From Patescibacteria group bacterium (GTDB taxonomy: Bacteria > Patescibacteriota > Patescibacteriia > Patescibacteriales > JAQTRU01), in NCBI GenBank assembly GCA_028716725.1, contig JAQUPG010000002.1:25824-89823 (forward strand): a stretch of DNA of 64,000 bases, written 5' to 3'. Position numbers and translations under genes: made by a program. Of this stretch, positions 1-8,899 are shown piece by piece. The notes under the pieces were generated by a model, which did no database searches, was not told the origin of the DNA, and was given only the letters and a program-made list of their open reading frames with translations. Each line of letters begins with the position of its first letter. Positions within the stretch are counted from its first letter, which is position 1.

Positions 1-1186
1 GGACCAAAGGAAAAGTATTGGGTATTGAAGATTTGGCGAGGCACATCGTAAGGCTCGCTTAAAACGTTTTTGTTTGAATCAACAATGTTTTGGGCTATGG
101 TTCTATATTCATCTGCCAATTTTTCTAATTCCTTCGTATATTCACTCTGAAAAGCTAAACGTAATTCAATATCAACTTTTCCCGCCTCACCCGCCACCTC
201 GGTACTGCCCTGGGGAATAATCATCAAGGGGCACCCGGCTAAAGCTAACTCTTGGGTTTTTATACTTAAACCATCCCACATTTTATCAAGCTTTTCAGGG
301 TCGGTTTCTTTCGAGCCATAAGCTTGCGCTATTTCTCTTAAAAAATCCGGAAAACTTTCGTAAGAGGAAGGAATTTTATTTTCCAGGATAAGATTTTCCA
401 CTCTTTGAGCTAAGGTTTCTATCCTCCCAACCAGCCGAGACCATTCAAATTGAAAAACTTCACTATAAGTTTTTATGTCCGGATTTTCACCGCCAGCCTT
501 GTAAAGGTCATAGACATATTCAGACCCCTGTTTTCCCGCTAATTCAGTTTCGGCAGAGCCGCCCGGAGCGTCAGCCAACTCTATCTGTTTAACATAAGCC
601 TGGTCAACATATTTACCCAACAAAGCGGCCGCATCCAAAAAAAGGTCTAATTCCTCCCGGGTAGTCCCTATTTTTTCAAAAGTTTCTTCCGGCATTTCCC
701 TCGCCCAACGTTTTAATAAAACCGTTTTGGCTAATTGCCTTTCCGACGAAGCCAGTATCATTGACCGCCACGCGGAAGGATTAACGTCCCTTAATTTTTC
801 AATGCCGCCAAGGTACTGCAGCCTTAGGTTGGTTTCCATTTCGTCTCGGTCTGAAAGCGTTTCCTTTAATTCCTGATTCTCCGAATCATCAGCCGCTCCT
901 GCCCATTCACGGCATTTATCTTCAAAAAAATCTCCGGCGTATTTATCCCATTTCTCCGTCACGGCTTCATCCGCCTTTTCAAGAATTTCTTCTACACTCT
1001 TAATGTTCTCCGGGCAGGCCGGCCAGCCTTCTTTTTCGATTGATGTTCTTAAAAGATTCCTGATTTCTCTGGAAAAATCAATATATTCAGGCAACTTTTC
1101 GTCTCTTTTTAGAACATCAAGTCGATTTGTCTGGTCCGGGTTAAAACTTTCGCCGAACCTGGGGTTTCCAAAACCTTCTCTCATAT
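1..1186 (-). CDS. hypothetical protein, N-terminal ~395 aa; the gene runs off the window start
   Basis: Long open minus-strand frame starting at ATG 1186 (MREGFGNPRFGESFNPDQ...) with no stop before position 1. It is absent from the ORF track because it is truncated. No recognisable family motif. Confidence 0.5.
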
Positions 1187-1220
1187 TAGCCACTAATGAA
1201 TTAAATGAAATTAGTTAATC

Positions 1221-1275
1221 AGTCGGGCTGCGCAGAATTGAACTGCGATTGCACGCACCCGAAGCGTGCGTAATA
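1221..1275 (-). terminator. GC-rich hairpin downstream of mscL (acgcacgcttcgggtgcgtgc-type stem)
   Basis: Inverted repeat gcacgcacccgaagcgtgcgt in an AT-rich spacer immediately after the mscL stop. Confidence 0.3.
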
Positions 1276-1305
1276 GCCTTTATACCACAGCCCGCTAATT
1301 TTTTA

Positions 1306-1644
1306 TTATTTCTTTATCAAATCGTCTCTTTTCAAGATTTTTTTAACTACCACATATAAAATCACCATCACGATAATAAATGTCAGCAAAGAACTTATGA
1401 TTGTCCCGATGTCAAAGCGCGTCCCGGCAAGGTTAAACGCCAAATTGGAAAATTTTTCTCCCGGCACGATTAAATCAATTAGAGGCGTAAAAATGCCCTT
1501 AACGATTGAATCTATCAAATCCTTTGAGGTCTGGGCGACAATCACGCCGATAGCCAGGCCAATCACGGAATATTCCTTCAAAAATTCAAGCAACCCTTTA
1601 GAGAAGCTTGTTTTATTGCTTTCGTCTTTTTTTTCTTGTTCCAT
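1306..1644 (-). CDS. mscL: large-conductance mechanosensitive channel MscL
   Basis: 112 aa. Contains N-terminal amphipathic helix, TM1 (GLAIGVIVAQ), periplasmic loop, TM2 and a C-terminal charged helix (KKILKRDD), the typical MscL length and layout. Confidence 0.75.
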   Translation of the reverse strand: MEQEKKDESNKTSFSKGLLEFLKEYSVIGLAIGVIVAQTSKDLIDSIVKGIFTPLIDLIVPGEKFSNLAFNLAGTRFDIGTIISSLLTFIIVMVILYVVVKKILKRDDLIKK

Positions 1645-1794
1645 ATTTTTATATCTTAATTTATAATATGTAAAAATATATTATGCCCCACTTCGTTAAA
1701 ACTTCGCGGGGCCCCACTTCGTCCGTCTATTATCTATTAAATAATTTTGTGCGTGCGCCGCGGAGCTCGCTAAGCAAAAGCGAAGCGAGCGAAG

Positions 1795-1870
1795 TGGTGG
1801 ACCTGAGGAGACTTGAACTCCTTACCTTCGCAATGCGAATGCGACGCTCTACCAGATGAGCTACAGGCCC
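1795..1870 (-). tRNA. tRNA-Ala (anticodon CGC) with encoded CCA
   Basis: Reverse complement reads GGGCCTGTAGCTCA...TTCGCAT (anticodon loop)...GGTTCAAGTCTCCTCAGGTCCACCA. It has the G3:U70 Ala identity pair, a GGTTCAAGT T-loop and an anticodon CGC. Confidence 0.85.
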
Positions 1871-1890
1871 TAAAAGCTAAAAGCTAACAT

Positions 1891-2622
1891 CTATCCCCCT
1901 ACCAGCTCTATACTCTTTATCGTAATATCAGCTAGCGGGTGGTCGTTTTCATTAGCTTCCCCTGCCTCAATTTTATCTACTATCTCCATTCCGCTTGCGA
2001 CATAACCGAAATTAGTGTGTTTACCGTCCAGCCAGGGCGTAGATTCGGCCGTGACGATAAAAAACTGCGAACCGTTGGTGTTCGGCCCGGAATTGGCCAT
2101 AGCCAAACTGCCCCGCACTAATTTATGCTCATTGATTTCATCCTGAAATTGATATCCCGGCCCGCCTGTGCCGTCGTCCGCCCAGTTATCATCCTTGCTT
2201 AACGGGTCACCGCCTTGGATCATAAAATTCTTTATTACCCGGTGAAATTTTGTGCCGTTATAGAATCCGGCTTTGGCTAAATTTAAAAAATTGTTAACGG
2301 TTAAAGGGGATTCTTGGCTGTAAAAAGCCACGACAATATCGCCCAGATTTGTTTTTATCACGGCCTGGCTGACCCGCGAAGCCAAATCTTCCAGTTGAAT
2401 CTGATTTTCTCCGGCAGTATCGTTTGAAGCCGATGATTTCTTTGTTGGCTTTAATTTTGGCGTCATACCTTCGTTAATATCATTTATTCTCTGCACCACT
2501 CCGCTGTCATCATAACCGGATATATTATTCGGCATATTTTTTTCCGTTATTTCGCCAGTTGTGCTTTGGCTGCACCCGGAAACAATAAATAAAATTATAA
2601 TTAATAAAAATATTTTTTTCAT
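1891..2622 (-). CDS. ppiB: peptidyl-prolyl cis-trans isomerase, cyclophilin type, lipoprotein
   Basis: Signal peptide plus lipobox (LFIVSGCSQ). Cyclophilin core motifs FHRVIKNFMIQGGD and SQFFIVT...WLDGKHTNFGYV. Confidence 0.85.
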   Translation of the reverse strand: MKKIFLLIIILFIVSGCSQSTTGEITEKNMPNNISGYDDSGVVQRINDINEGMTPKLKPTKKSSASNDTAGENQIQLEDLASRVSQAVIKTNLGDIVVAFYSQESPLTVNNFLNLAKAGFYNGTKFHRVIKNFMIQGGDPLSKDDNWADDGTGGPGYQFQDEINEHKLVRGSLAMANSGPNTNGSQFFIVTAESTPWLDGKHTNFGYVASGMEIVDKIEAGEANENDHPLADITIKSIELVGG

Positions 2623-2626
2623 ATAA

Positions 2627-3226
2627 TTATAACTTCCGCAAAATCGCTTTGTTGATAATTTTTAAACCCTGCTCATAATCAGCTTCTATTAATTTCTTCC
2701 CGGCTGGCATAGTTTTCCGCCAGCTTCTTTCTAATTTAGCTTTAAGCCATTTCGCCCCCTCCAAGGTTTCATATTTATGGATATTAAAAGTCAAATAGCA
2801 CATATCAAAAAACTCGGTAATATGCGACATGGCGTCAGCCGAAGCTAAAATTCTGGCCTCTTTGCTTTTATGCTCCAGCCTGATGCTGCCGCGGTGGCTG
2901 ATAATGCATTCTTGGACTTTTTTAATCTTTTCTTTTGAGAAACCAAGCTCAGCGAGTATTTTACCAGCTAATCTGGCGCCGTGCAAGTGGTGCTTTTTAT
3001 ATAATCTATAATCCAAGATTCCGGCATAGTCATGGAGATATGCTGCCAATTCCAGAACTTCTAAATCAGCTTTTAGCTTTCTGCCTAGATATAAACTGTG
3101 ATCAACTACCGGTAAAATATGATAAGGCCAGTCTGTATAAGAAAAATGATTATGGGCAGAATAACAGGCGTCTTTTACTAATTTCTTCACTTTCTGTCTT
3201 ATTTTTTTATAATTATAATTCTTCAT
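2627..3226 (-). CDS. HD-domain phosphohydrolase
   Basis: H..HD motif (YLHDYAGI) with downstream His/Asp ligands, 199 aa. Confidence 0.6.
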   Translation of the reverse strand: MKNYNYKKIRQKVKKLVKDACYSAHNHFSYTDWPYHILPVVDHSLYLGRKLKADLEVLELAAYLHDYAGILDYRLYKKHHLHGARLAGKILAELGFSKEKIKKVQECIISHRGSIRLEHKSKEARILASADAMSHITEFFDMCYLTFNIHKYETLEGAKWLKAKLERSWRKTMPAGKKLIEADYEQGLKIINKAILRKL

Positions 3227-3674
3227 ATTTTATCACTTTGCCATTTTTATCAAAATAAAATCTTTTATGCTGATACTGCCCGCTAAGCAACGGCTTTAAC
3301 CAATATTGGTCATCGTCCCACATTTTATCCAAAGGCACCTCATTAATCTTAAACCATTTTAATTCACCCTCACCCATATCTTTCGGCTCGCCTTCCCAGT
3401 CGCGGCAGACAAAAACATTAGCTAAAGTGTTTATCGTTTCATTGCCGACAAAAATATATTCCAATTCCCCTAATTTTTCCGGCTTTTTCATTGTAACGCC
3501 TGTCTCCTCCTTAACCTCTCTTATAGCCGACTCCTCAAAAGTTTCATCAGGCTTCTTTTTCCCGCCCGGCCCGTTCCACTTGCCTTCCCCAAATCCCCGG
3601 CTCTTGCATTGCAGTAAAACTTCGCCTTTTTCGTTAAGTATGTAACAATGAGTGGTAAAAAATGAAAAATCCAT
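3213..3674 (-). CDS. NUDIX hydrolase
   Basis: Nudix box GPGGKKKPDETFEESAIREVKEETGV. Confidence 0.75.
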   Translation of the reverse strand: MDFSFFTTHCYILNEKGEVLLQCKSRGFGEGKWNGPGGKKKPDETFEESAIREVKEETGVTMKKPEKLGELEYIFVGNETINTLANVFVCRDWEGEPKDMGEGELKWFKINEVPLDKMWDDDQYWLKPLLSGQYQHKRFYFDKNGKVIKYEEL

Positions 3675-3796
3675 GGGTTAGCTAATTAGTTACTTAAAAA
3701 ATTAATTGATTATTTAGAAATTGGATATTGAAAATTGATTGAAAATTGATAATTGTAAACTGAAAATTGTTTACGTTATGCGTTATGCGTTCCACG

Positions 3797-4783
3797 TTAT
3801 GCGTTTATTAATTCATAATCTCTCGTCCCCAGCCCAATCTTAGCTCCATGCTCCAATTGCGCATCCCCGTTTTGTTTTTCAAAATCTTTGCATTGCTTAA
3901 TTACCAAATCATAGGATGCCTGGTCAATCGCTACTGGATCAGGCGAAGCTAATAAGCCAATATCGCTAGTCATTGGGCTCATCTCTTCGTTGGCGCAATC
4001 GCATTTTTCCGTAATGTTTATTAAAAAATTTATATAAAAAGCTTCTCTGCCTAAAACCCCGGCTAAAGCGTATTCGGCCAGCCTTTTTCTAAAAACATTT
4101 ACGTCTTTTTCTCCCCAGGGAATGGAAATCGCGCCCGTCGGACAAACCGAAATGCATTTTGAACAGCTAATGCATTTATCGGTATTGATCTTGGCTTTGC
4201 CGCTATTGTCAAAAGCAATCGCTCCCACCGGGCAATTAGCAATACAAGCGCCGCAAGCCGAGCATTTTTCTGGCTTAACCTGGTGTTTGATAAACGCGTG
4301 CAGAGCCAGTTTCCCTCTTCTGCCCGCCAGGCCCATGGATAAATTTTTTATCGCGCCGCCGAAGCCGGAGCTGATATGCCCCTTAAAATGGGAAATTACC
4401 AATAATGATTTATATTTAGCCAGGCCCTTGCCTAAAAAGCATTCTTTAAAAAACTCTCCCTTGATTTTTATAGCGTCCACATCATCCCCAAGCTCGCCAT
4501 CAAGAATATCAATCTCGGCAAAATCAAAACCGTGCTCACGCGCTAATTTTTTATGCGTAGTTGCCTGGCTCCTCGGGCTCTTATATAAAACATTGCATTC
4601 AACTAAAACCGGATTTTTTACCATCCCGGCTATTTCTTTAACGTAGCCAGCCGGCAGATAAGTAACATTGCCTTCTTCGCCAAAATGAACTTTTATCCCC
4701 AAAGGCGCGGGAAATTCAGGCAATAAACTTTTGATCTTATTTAATTCGCTTAATTTAACAAAATATACTTTTGCTTTAGCCAT
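3797..4783 (-). CDS. DUF362-family protein with two 4Fe-4S ferredoxin motifs
   Basis: CSACGACIANCP and CISCSKCISVCP clusters inside a DUF362-like scaffold, 328 aa. Confidence 0.65.
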   Translation of the reverse strand: MAKAKVYFVKLSELNKIKSLLPEFPAPLGIKVHFGEEGNVTYLPAGYVKEIAGMVKNPVLVECNVLYKSPRSQATTHKKLAREHGFDFAEIDILDGELGDDVDAIKIKGEFFKECFLGKGLAKYKSLLVISHFKGHISSGFGGAIKNLSMGLAGRRGKLALHAFIKHQVKPEKCSACGACIANCPVGAIAFDNSGKAKINTDKCISCSKCISVCPTGAISIPWGEKDVNVFRKRLAEYALAGVLGREAFYINFLINITEKCDCANEEMSPMTSDIGLLASPDPVAIDQASYDLVIKQCKDFEKQNGDAQLEHGAKIGLGTRDYELINA

Positions 4784-4811
4784 AGGGTTTGAACAAACTT
4801 CATTTATATTT

Positions 4812-4875
4812 CACCTCACCCCGTCGCTATCGCTCCTCCCCTCTCCTAATTAGGAGAGGGGTTGGGGGTGAGGTA
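4812..4875. repeat. GC-rich palindromic repeat, subfamily CCCCTCTCCT-AATT-AGGAGAGGGG...GGGGTGAGGT
   Basis: Near-perfect 60-nt palindrome centred on cctaattagg, intergenic between the DUF362 gene and cca. Related copies at 9737..9784 and 39511..39546. Confidence 0.6.
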
Positions 4876-4922
4876 TTATTCGTAATTTGTAGATTTGAAT
4901 TTATTTGCAGATTCGCATTATA

Positions 4923-6422
4923 TTATTTTACCCAAAATTCTCCCTTTAATTCTTTATCATCTTCCATTTTCTTTTCTTCAATTCTGCCTTTGGCTTTTTT
5001 CCTTAATTCGTCCAGCTCCATTTTATTCAACTCCTTGCTTCTTTTTTCCAGATATTTCTTATTATTCAATTCCGGGTCTTCAATCACTTCGGATAAAAGC
5101 ACGTCTAAAATCGCCCCGATTTTCGGCCCCGGAGTTATTTTCAGTAATTTTATTAAATCATCGCCGTTAATTTTAAGCATCTTGGCTGAAATCGGGTCTT
5201 TCCTGACTTTTTTCATCATATATTCAAGGTGCCGGAGTTTATAGGGTTTAGCCTTAGGCACGCCAGACCCGAGGCGGTCCGCCACCCGCAAATCGATTAA
5301 ATCAGCCAGGTTTTCCTCACCCACTTTTTTAATCAAGCGCCTGACCGAGGCTTCGGTTACTTCTCCGACATTATAATAAAACATATGGTGACGGATTAGA
5401 TTCGTTACCTTCTCCAAATCTTCGTTGGAAAATTTCAGGCGTTGCATTATTTTTTTAGCGATTTTAGCCCCGATAATGTCATGATTGTAAAAAGTGGCAT
5501 CTCCGCCGATAAACCTTTTGGCCTGCGGTTTGGCAATATCGTGAAGCAAAGAAGCGAATTTTACCCGCCAGTCCTTATTCGGGCAGTATTTTAAAGACAA
5601 AACCGAATGGTTAAAAACCGTGTAAATATGGTGCCGGTTCTGGTCAACCCCGACTCCCCGCTCCAGTTCCGGCAGGATATACTGCAATAATTTATTGTCA
5701 TGGAGAAACATTATTCCCTCATAAGCTTTATTGCTTTCCAAAATTTTTATGAGCTCATCGCGGATTCTTTCCTGAGAAACAAATTTAATCCCGCCCGCCA
5801 TTTTTTTTATGGCTCTTTCCGTCTTTGGCTCAATCGAAAAATCAAGCTGGCAGGAGAGTCTAATCGCCCGCATCATGCGCAAAGCGTCTTCCTTAAATCT
5901 GTCTTCCGGCTCCCCTACTGCCCGAATAATCTTTTTATCTAAATCTTTCCGCCCGCCGAACAAATCTACAATTTCAGCTTTATGACTAGCTACAGCATCT
6001 TTAAAATCCGAAATCCGAAATCCGAAATCCGAAATCCGAATTGCCATCGCATTTATCGTAAAATCCCGCCTCTCTAAATCTTTCTCTAAACTATCTTCAA
6101 ATCTAACCTCGTCCGGATGCCTGCGGTCGCTATAGCCCTGCTCGCTGCGGTAAGTGGTTATTTCTATGACGTCTTCGGTTTTATCCTCTTTATCCTTAAT
6201 CGGCACTAACACCGTACCAAACTTATTCTCATATTTACCTCCGGGGAAAACTTTCAAAACTTCCTCCGGCCGGGCCTTAGTAGTTACGTCCCAATCCCCC
6301 GGTTCTTTTCCCATTAATAAATCACGCACGCATCCACCTACAATATAGGCCGCAGAGCCCGCCTTTTCTAATTTTTCCGTTATTTCCTGAACATATCCCG
6401 GTATATTCATCTTCTTTTCCAT
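4923..6422 (-). CDS. cca: CCA-adding tRNA nucleotidyltransferase with C-terminal HD domain
   Basis: Head-domain motifs GGCVRDLLMG, DWDVTT and RRDFTINAMA. HD domain HHIYTVFNHS...LHDIAKP. Confidence 0.85.
   Translation of the reverse strand: MEKKMNIPGYVQEITEKLEKAGSAAYIVGGCVRDLLMGKEPGDWDVTTKARPEEVLKVFPGGKYENKFGTVLVPIKDKEDKTEDVIEITTYRSEQGYSDRRHPDEVRFEDSLEKDLERRDFTINAMAIRISDFGFRISDFKDAVASHKAEIVDLFGGRKDLDKKIIRAVGEPEDRFKEDALRMMRAIRLSCQLDFSIEPKTERAIKKMAGGIKFVSQERIRDELIKILESNKAYEGIMFLHDNKLLQYILPELERGVGVDQNRHHIYTVFNHSVLSLKYCPNKDWRVKFASLLHDIAKPQAKRFIGGDATFYNHDIIGAKIAKKIMQRLKFSNEDLEKVTNLIRHHMFYYNVGEVTEASVRRLIKKVGEENLADLIDLRVADRLGSGVPKAKPYKLRHLEYMMKKVRKDPISAKMLKINGDDLIKLLKITPGPKIGAILDVLLSEVIEDPELNNKKYLEKRSKELNKMELDELRKKAKGRIEEKKMEDDKELKGEFWVK
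6004..6038. repeat. (AAATCCG)x5 heptanucleotide tandem repeat inside the cca coding sequence
   Basis: Five perfect 7-nt units plus a partial unit (6003..6041). On the coding strand they encode RISDFGFRISDF within a loop after the RRDFTINAMA motif. Confidence 0.85.
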
Positions 6423-6549
6423 ATTCTTATTATAACATAAAAAGCCAACTTTTAAATTGGCATAATCTATATTAAATAATAACGAAAAATTAAAATCTAG
6501 TCAAAAAATATAAAAAATAAGGGCAATCCGCTTAGCAAGCAAATCGCCC

Positions 6550-6933
6550 TCAAATAGGTTGCACCTTTTTTGGTTTCCGGGCATATTCTTCCGCCAATCT
6601 TTGAAGCTCCCTGGCTTTTTCTTCTTCCAGATCTAATTTGGCAATTATTTCATCAATAGCCATTTTGGCTACGAAAGCGGCAAAAATCGGCGCACCCTCA
6701 AAAACTCTTTTGGCTAAATCGAATATCTCGCCGGGAAGGACAAAAATGGTTTTAAAAGCGCTCAAAGCCGCTTCTTTATTGCCTTCCGCCATCGCGCTCT
6801 TGACTGAGCTTGTCAAGAAACTCAATTTAAGCTCATATTGGAATGATTTGCCGCTGGCTTCTGGCAATCTATCGACTTTACCTTTCCCCGAATTTTTTGG
6901 CCCATCCGGGGGATTTACAGAATTAACTCCCAT
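6550..6933 (-). CDS. hypothetical protein
   Basis: 127-aa ORF, no recognised motif. Confidence 0.4.
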   Translation of the reverse strand: MGVNSVNPPDGPKNSGKGKVDRLPEASGKSFQYELKLSFLTSSVKSAMAEGNKEAALSAFKTIFVLPGEIFDLAKRVFEGAPIFAAFVAKMAIDEIIAKLDLEEEKARELQRLAEEYARKPKKVQPI

Positions 6934-7066
6934 CGGCTTGCTCCTTTCAATGTTAAAAAAAACAGATTTATTTTTAGCTTTTTATGCTATCATAATTTTT
7001 TCTTTATGTCAATAAAAAACACCGAATCTTGACAAAACGGCGCTCTATTATATCTTTAATAATTTT

Positions 7067-7540
7067 CTAACCCTGATAAATTTTCCCGACTTTATAATTT
7101 TTTATAATTCCTTCGGTATTATCAAGCATTTTGGCTGGCAAATCATCTAGACTATACCATCTCCATTCTTTACATTTATCCGGCTCCATTATCCTCGGCT
7201 CACCATCCTTATATTTGGCTTTAACTCCTAAGCCAAGATAATGCTTATTATCTGTCTTTATATAACGTAATTCGTCATAAACAGATATCAACTCGAATTC
7301 TTCCACGTCCAAATCGGTTTCTTCTTTTACTTCGCGTCTGGCAGTTTCAAAAACGGTTTCTCCAAAATCAAGATGTCCGCCCGGAAAGCTCCATTCTCCG
7401 GCTCCGTGCGAACCCTGGCGCAAACCTAAAAGCACCTCGCCCTTTTTGTTCTGGATCATCACGCCAATGCCGACACGAGGGTAGGGCCATTTTGAGTTGG
7501 CTCTTATTTTTTCTATTTCTCTTTTTGTTAATTTCTCCAT
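7067..7540 (-). CDS. NUDIX hydrolase
   Basis: Nudix box GGHLDFGETVFETARREVKEETDL. Confidence 0.75.
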   Translation of the reverse strand: MEKLTKREIEKIRANSKWPYPRVGIGVMIQNKKGEVLLGLRQGSHGAGEWSFPGGHLDFGETVFETARREVKEETDLDVEEFELISVYDELRYIKTDNKHYLGLGVKAKYKDGEPRIMEPDKCKEWRWYSLDDLPAKMLDNTEGIIKNYKVGKIYQG

Positions 7541-7541
7541 A

Positions 7542-8225
7542 TTACTTTTCCATTAATTTAAATTCCCAAAAACGAGCGCTTTTGTAATAATGGCCTTCCA
7601 TCGCCTTCTTTAGTTCAGTGATACTGACTAATCTCCACTTCGGTTCATTCCCGCCCGGATCAATTAATCTAACTTTACTGCCTTTCAAATAAACTCTGTC
7701 TACTACTGACAAATGTCCTCCGTCATTGCCCTGACCATACAACTTTTTATAATTAAAGCAAGCTAAAATATCTTTATTTTGTTTTTCGGCCTTAATTAAA
7801 AAATCACTAAAATCATTAATATTCTTAAATTTATCTATGGGATGAAATTTTATTTCTAAAGGTATTTTTAAACGTTTCAGCGCTTTATTCGGCTCGTATA
7901 TTTTTAAATAACTTCTCGTACCATAGCCGGCTGGCGGTCTTTTCCCGACTGCCACCCGCCAAAAATATTTTCTGTCTTTTTGGGGTACAATTAAACCCAA
8001 ATAATAACCTAACAATTCCTGAGATATTAAAGGAATATGGTGGCGGTACATAATCATTAATATACAGGTCGGTACACAACACCAAGGTTGTTGAGTGAAC
8101 GGAATATACCGTGTATCTTTTGGCGTAACATCTTTCATAAATTTTATGTTCACGATACTCATTATATGATACGAGATACGCGTTATGCGATTTAGAATCT
8201 TTTTAGCCATTTTAAAATTGCCCAA
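7542..8225 (-). CDS. hypothetical protein, possible papain-like (C39/BtrH_N-like) cysteine peptidase
   Basis: QQPWCCVPTCILMIMY resembles the Q...C catalytic region of C39-like peptidases. The call is weak. A TTG start would overlap the upstream gene; the internal start at 8162 avoids the overlap. Confidence 0.35.
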   Translation of the reverse strand: MGNFKMAKKILNRITRISYHIMSIVNIKFMKDVTPKDTRYIPFTQQPWCCVPTCILMIMYRHHIPLISQELLGYYLGLIVPQKDRKYFWRVAVGKRPPAGYGTRSYLKIYEPNKALKRLKIPLEIKFHPIDKFKNINDFSDFLIKAEKQNKDILACFNYKKLYGQGNDGGHLSVVDRVYLKGSKVRLIDPGGNEPKWRLVSITELKKAMEGHYYKSARFWEFKLMEK

Positions 8226-8725
8226 GCAATTAATCCTCCGGCTACGGCCGTGGCAAACTGCGGCCAGCTTAAAATTTGCGCTACCTTAATCGTCAATTCC
8301 TGTTTAATAAGCAGCCGGCCGATGAAATTTACGCTAGCCAGCAAAAATAAGAACTTTAATCCGGCGCCAACTAAAACTCCGAGCCAATAACCGCGAACTT
8401 CTTTCTTATTCTGATTATAAATCCATTCGATGCTTAAAACGAAAATTACGTTACTAATCATAATAAAAGGTATTACCGGAGCTAAAACCGCCGGCAATAA
8501 CCCTCCGGCCAAAGCCATCAAAGAAGGAATTAAACAAACTACTAAAGCGCTCCTGATGCCCACTAAGAACAAAACTAAGATTAAAATGGCGTTAATGATC
8601 GGACCGGTTATCCACTGCAGATGAATAAAAAACGGCAGAAGCGTCGCTACACTGGCCAGCCCTAAAAATTGCGCTATTGCCTTAGCATCCACGCGAGCTA
8701 TGGTTTGTTCTTCTGTATAAATCAT
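8192..8725 (-). CDS. small polytopic membrane protein, possibly an ECF-transporter S component
   Basis: 177 aa, about six hydrophobic helices, a size and topology typical of ECF S components. No definitive motif. Confidence 0.4.
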   Translation of the reverse strand: MIYTEEQTIARVDAKAIAQFLGLASVATLLPFFIHLQWITGPIINAILILVLFLVGIRSALVVCLIPSLMALAGGLLPAVLAPVIPFIMISNVIFVLSIEWIYNQNKKEVRGYWLGVLVGAGLKFLFLLASVNFIGRLLIKQELTIKVAQILSWPQFATAVAGGLIAWAILKWLKRF

Positions 8726-8899
8726 AATCTTAGTCTTAAAATATATAATAACTCAATAATCAAGAACCAATAATCAAACAATAATCAATAAATAATAAAC
8801 AAATGATACAAATAAAAAAATTTTAATAAAAAATAAGTTTGGTTATTAATTATTGAATTTTAGAATTTGTTTGGCTTTTGATTATTGATTATTTTACCC

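Noticed and set aside
1397-1666. Plus-strand ORFs from the six-frame track lying inside minus-strand genes (for example 1397..1666, 4122..4646, 4789..5244, 6638..7015, 9965..10384, 12254..13030, 32801..33448, 50704..51273, 55561..56058)
   Set aside because: Each is wholly contained in the opposite strand of a gene with clear family motifs and has low-complexity composition. They are shadow ORFs of the real genes.
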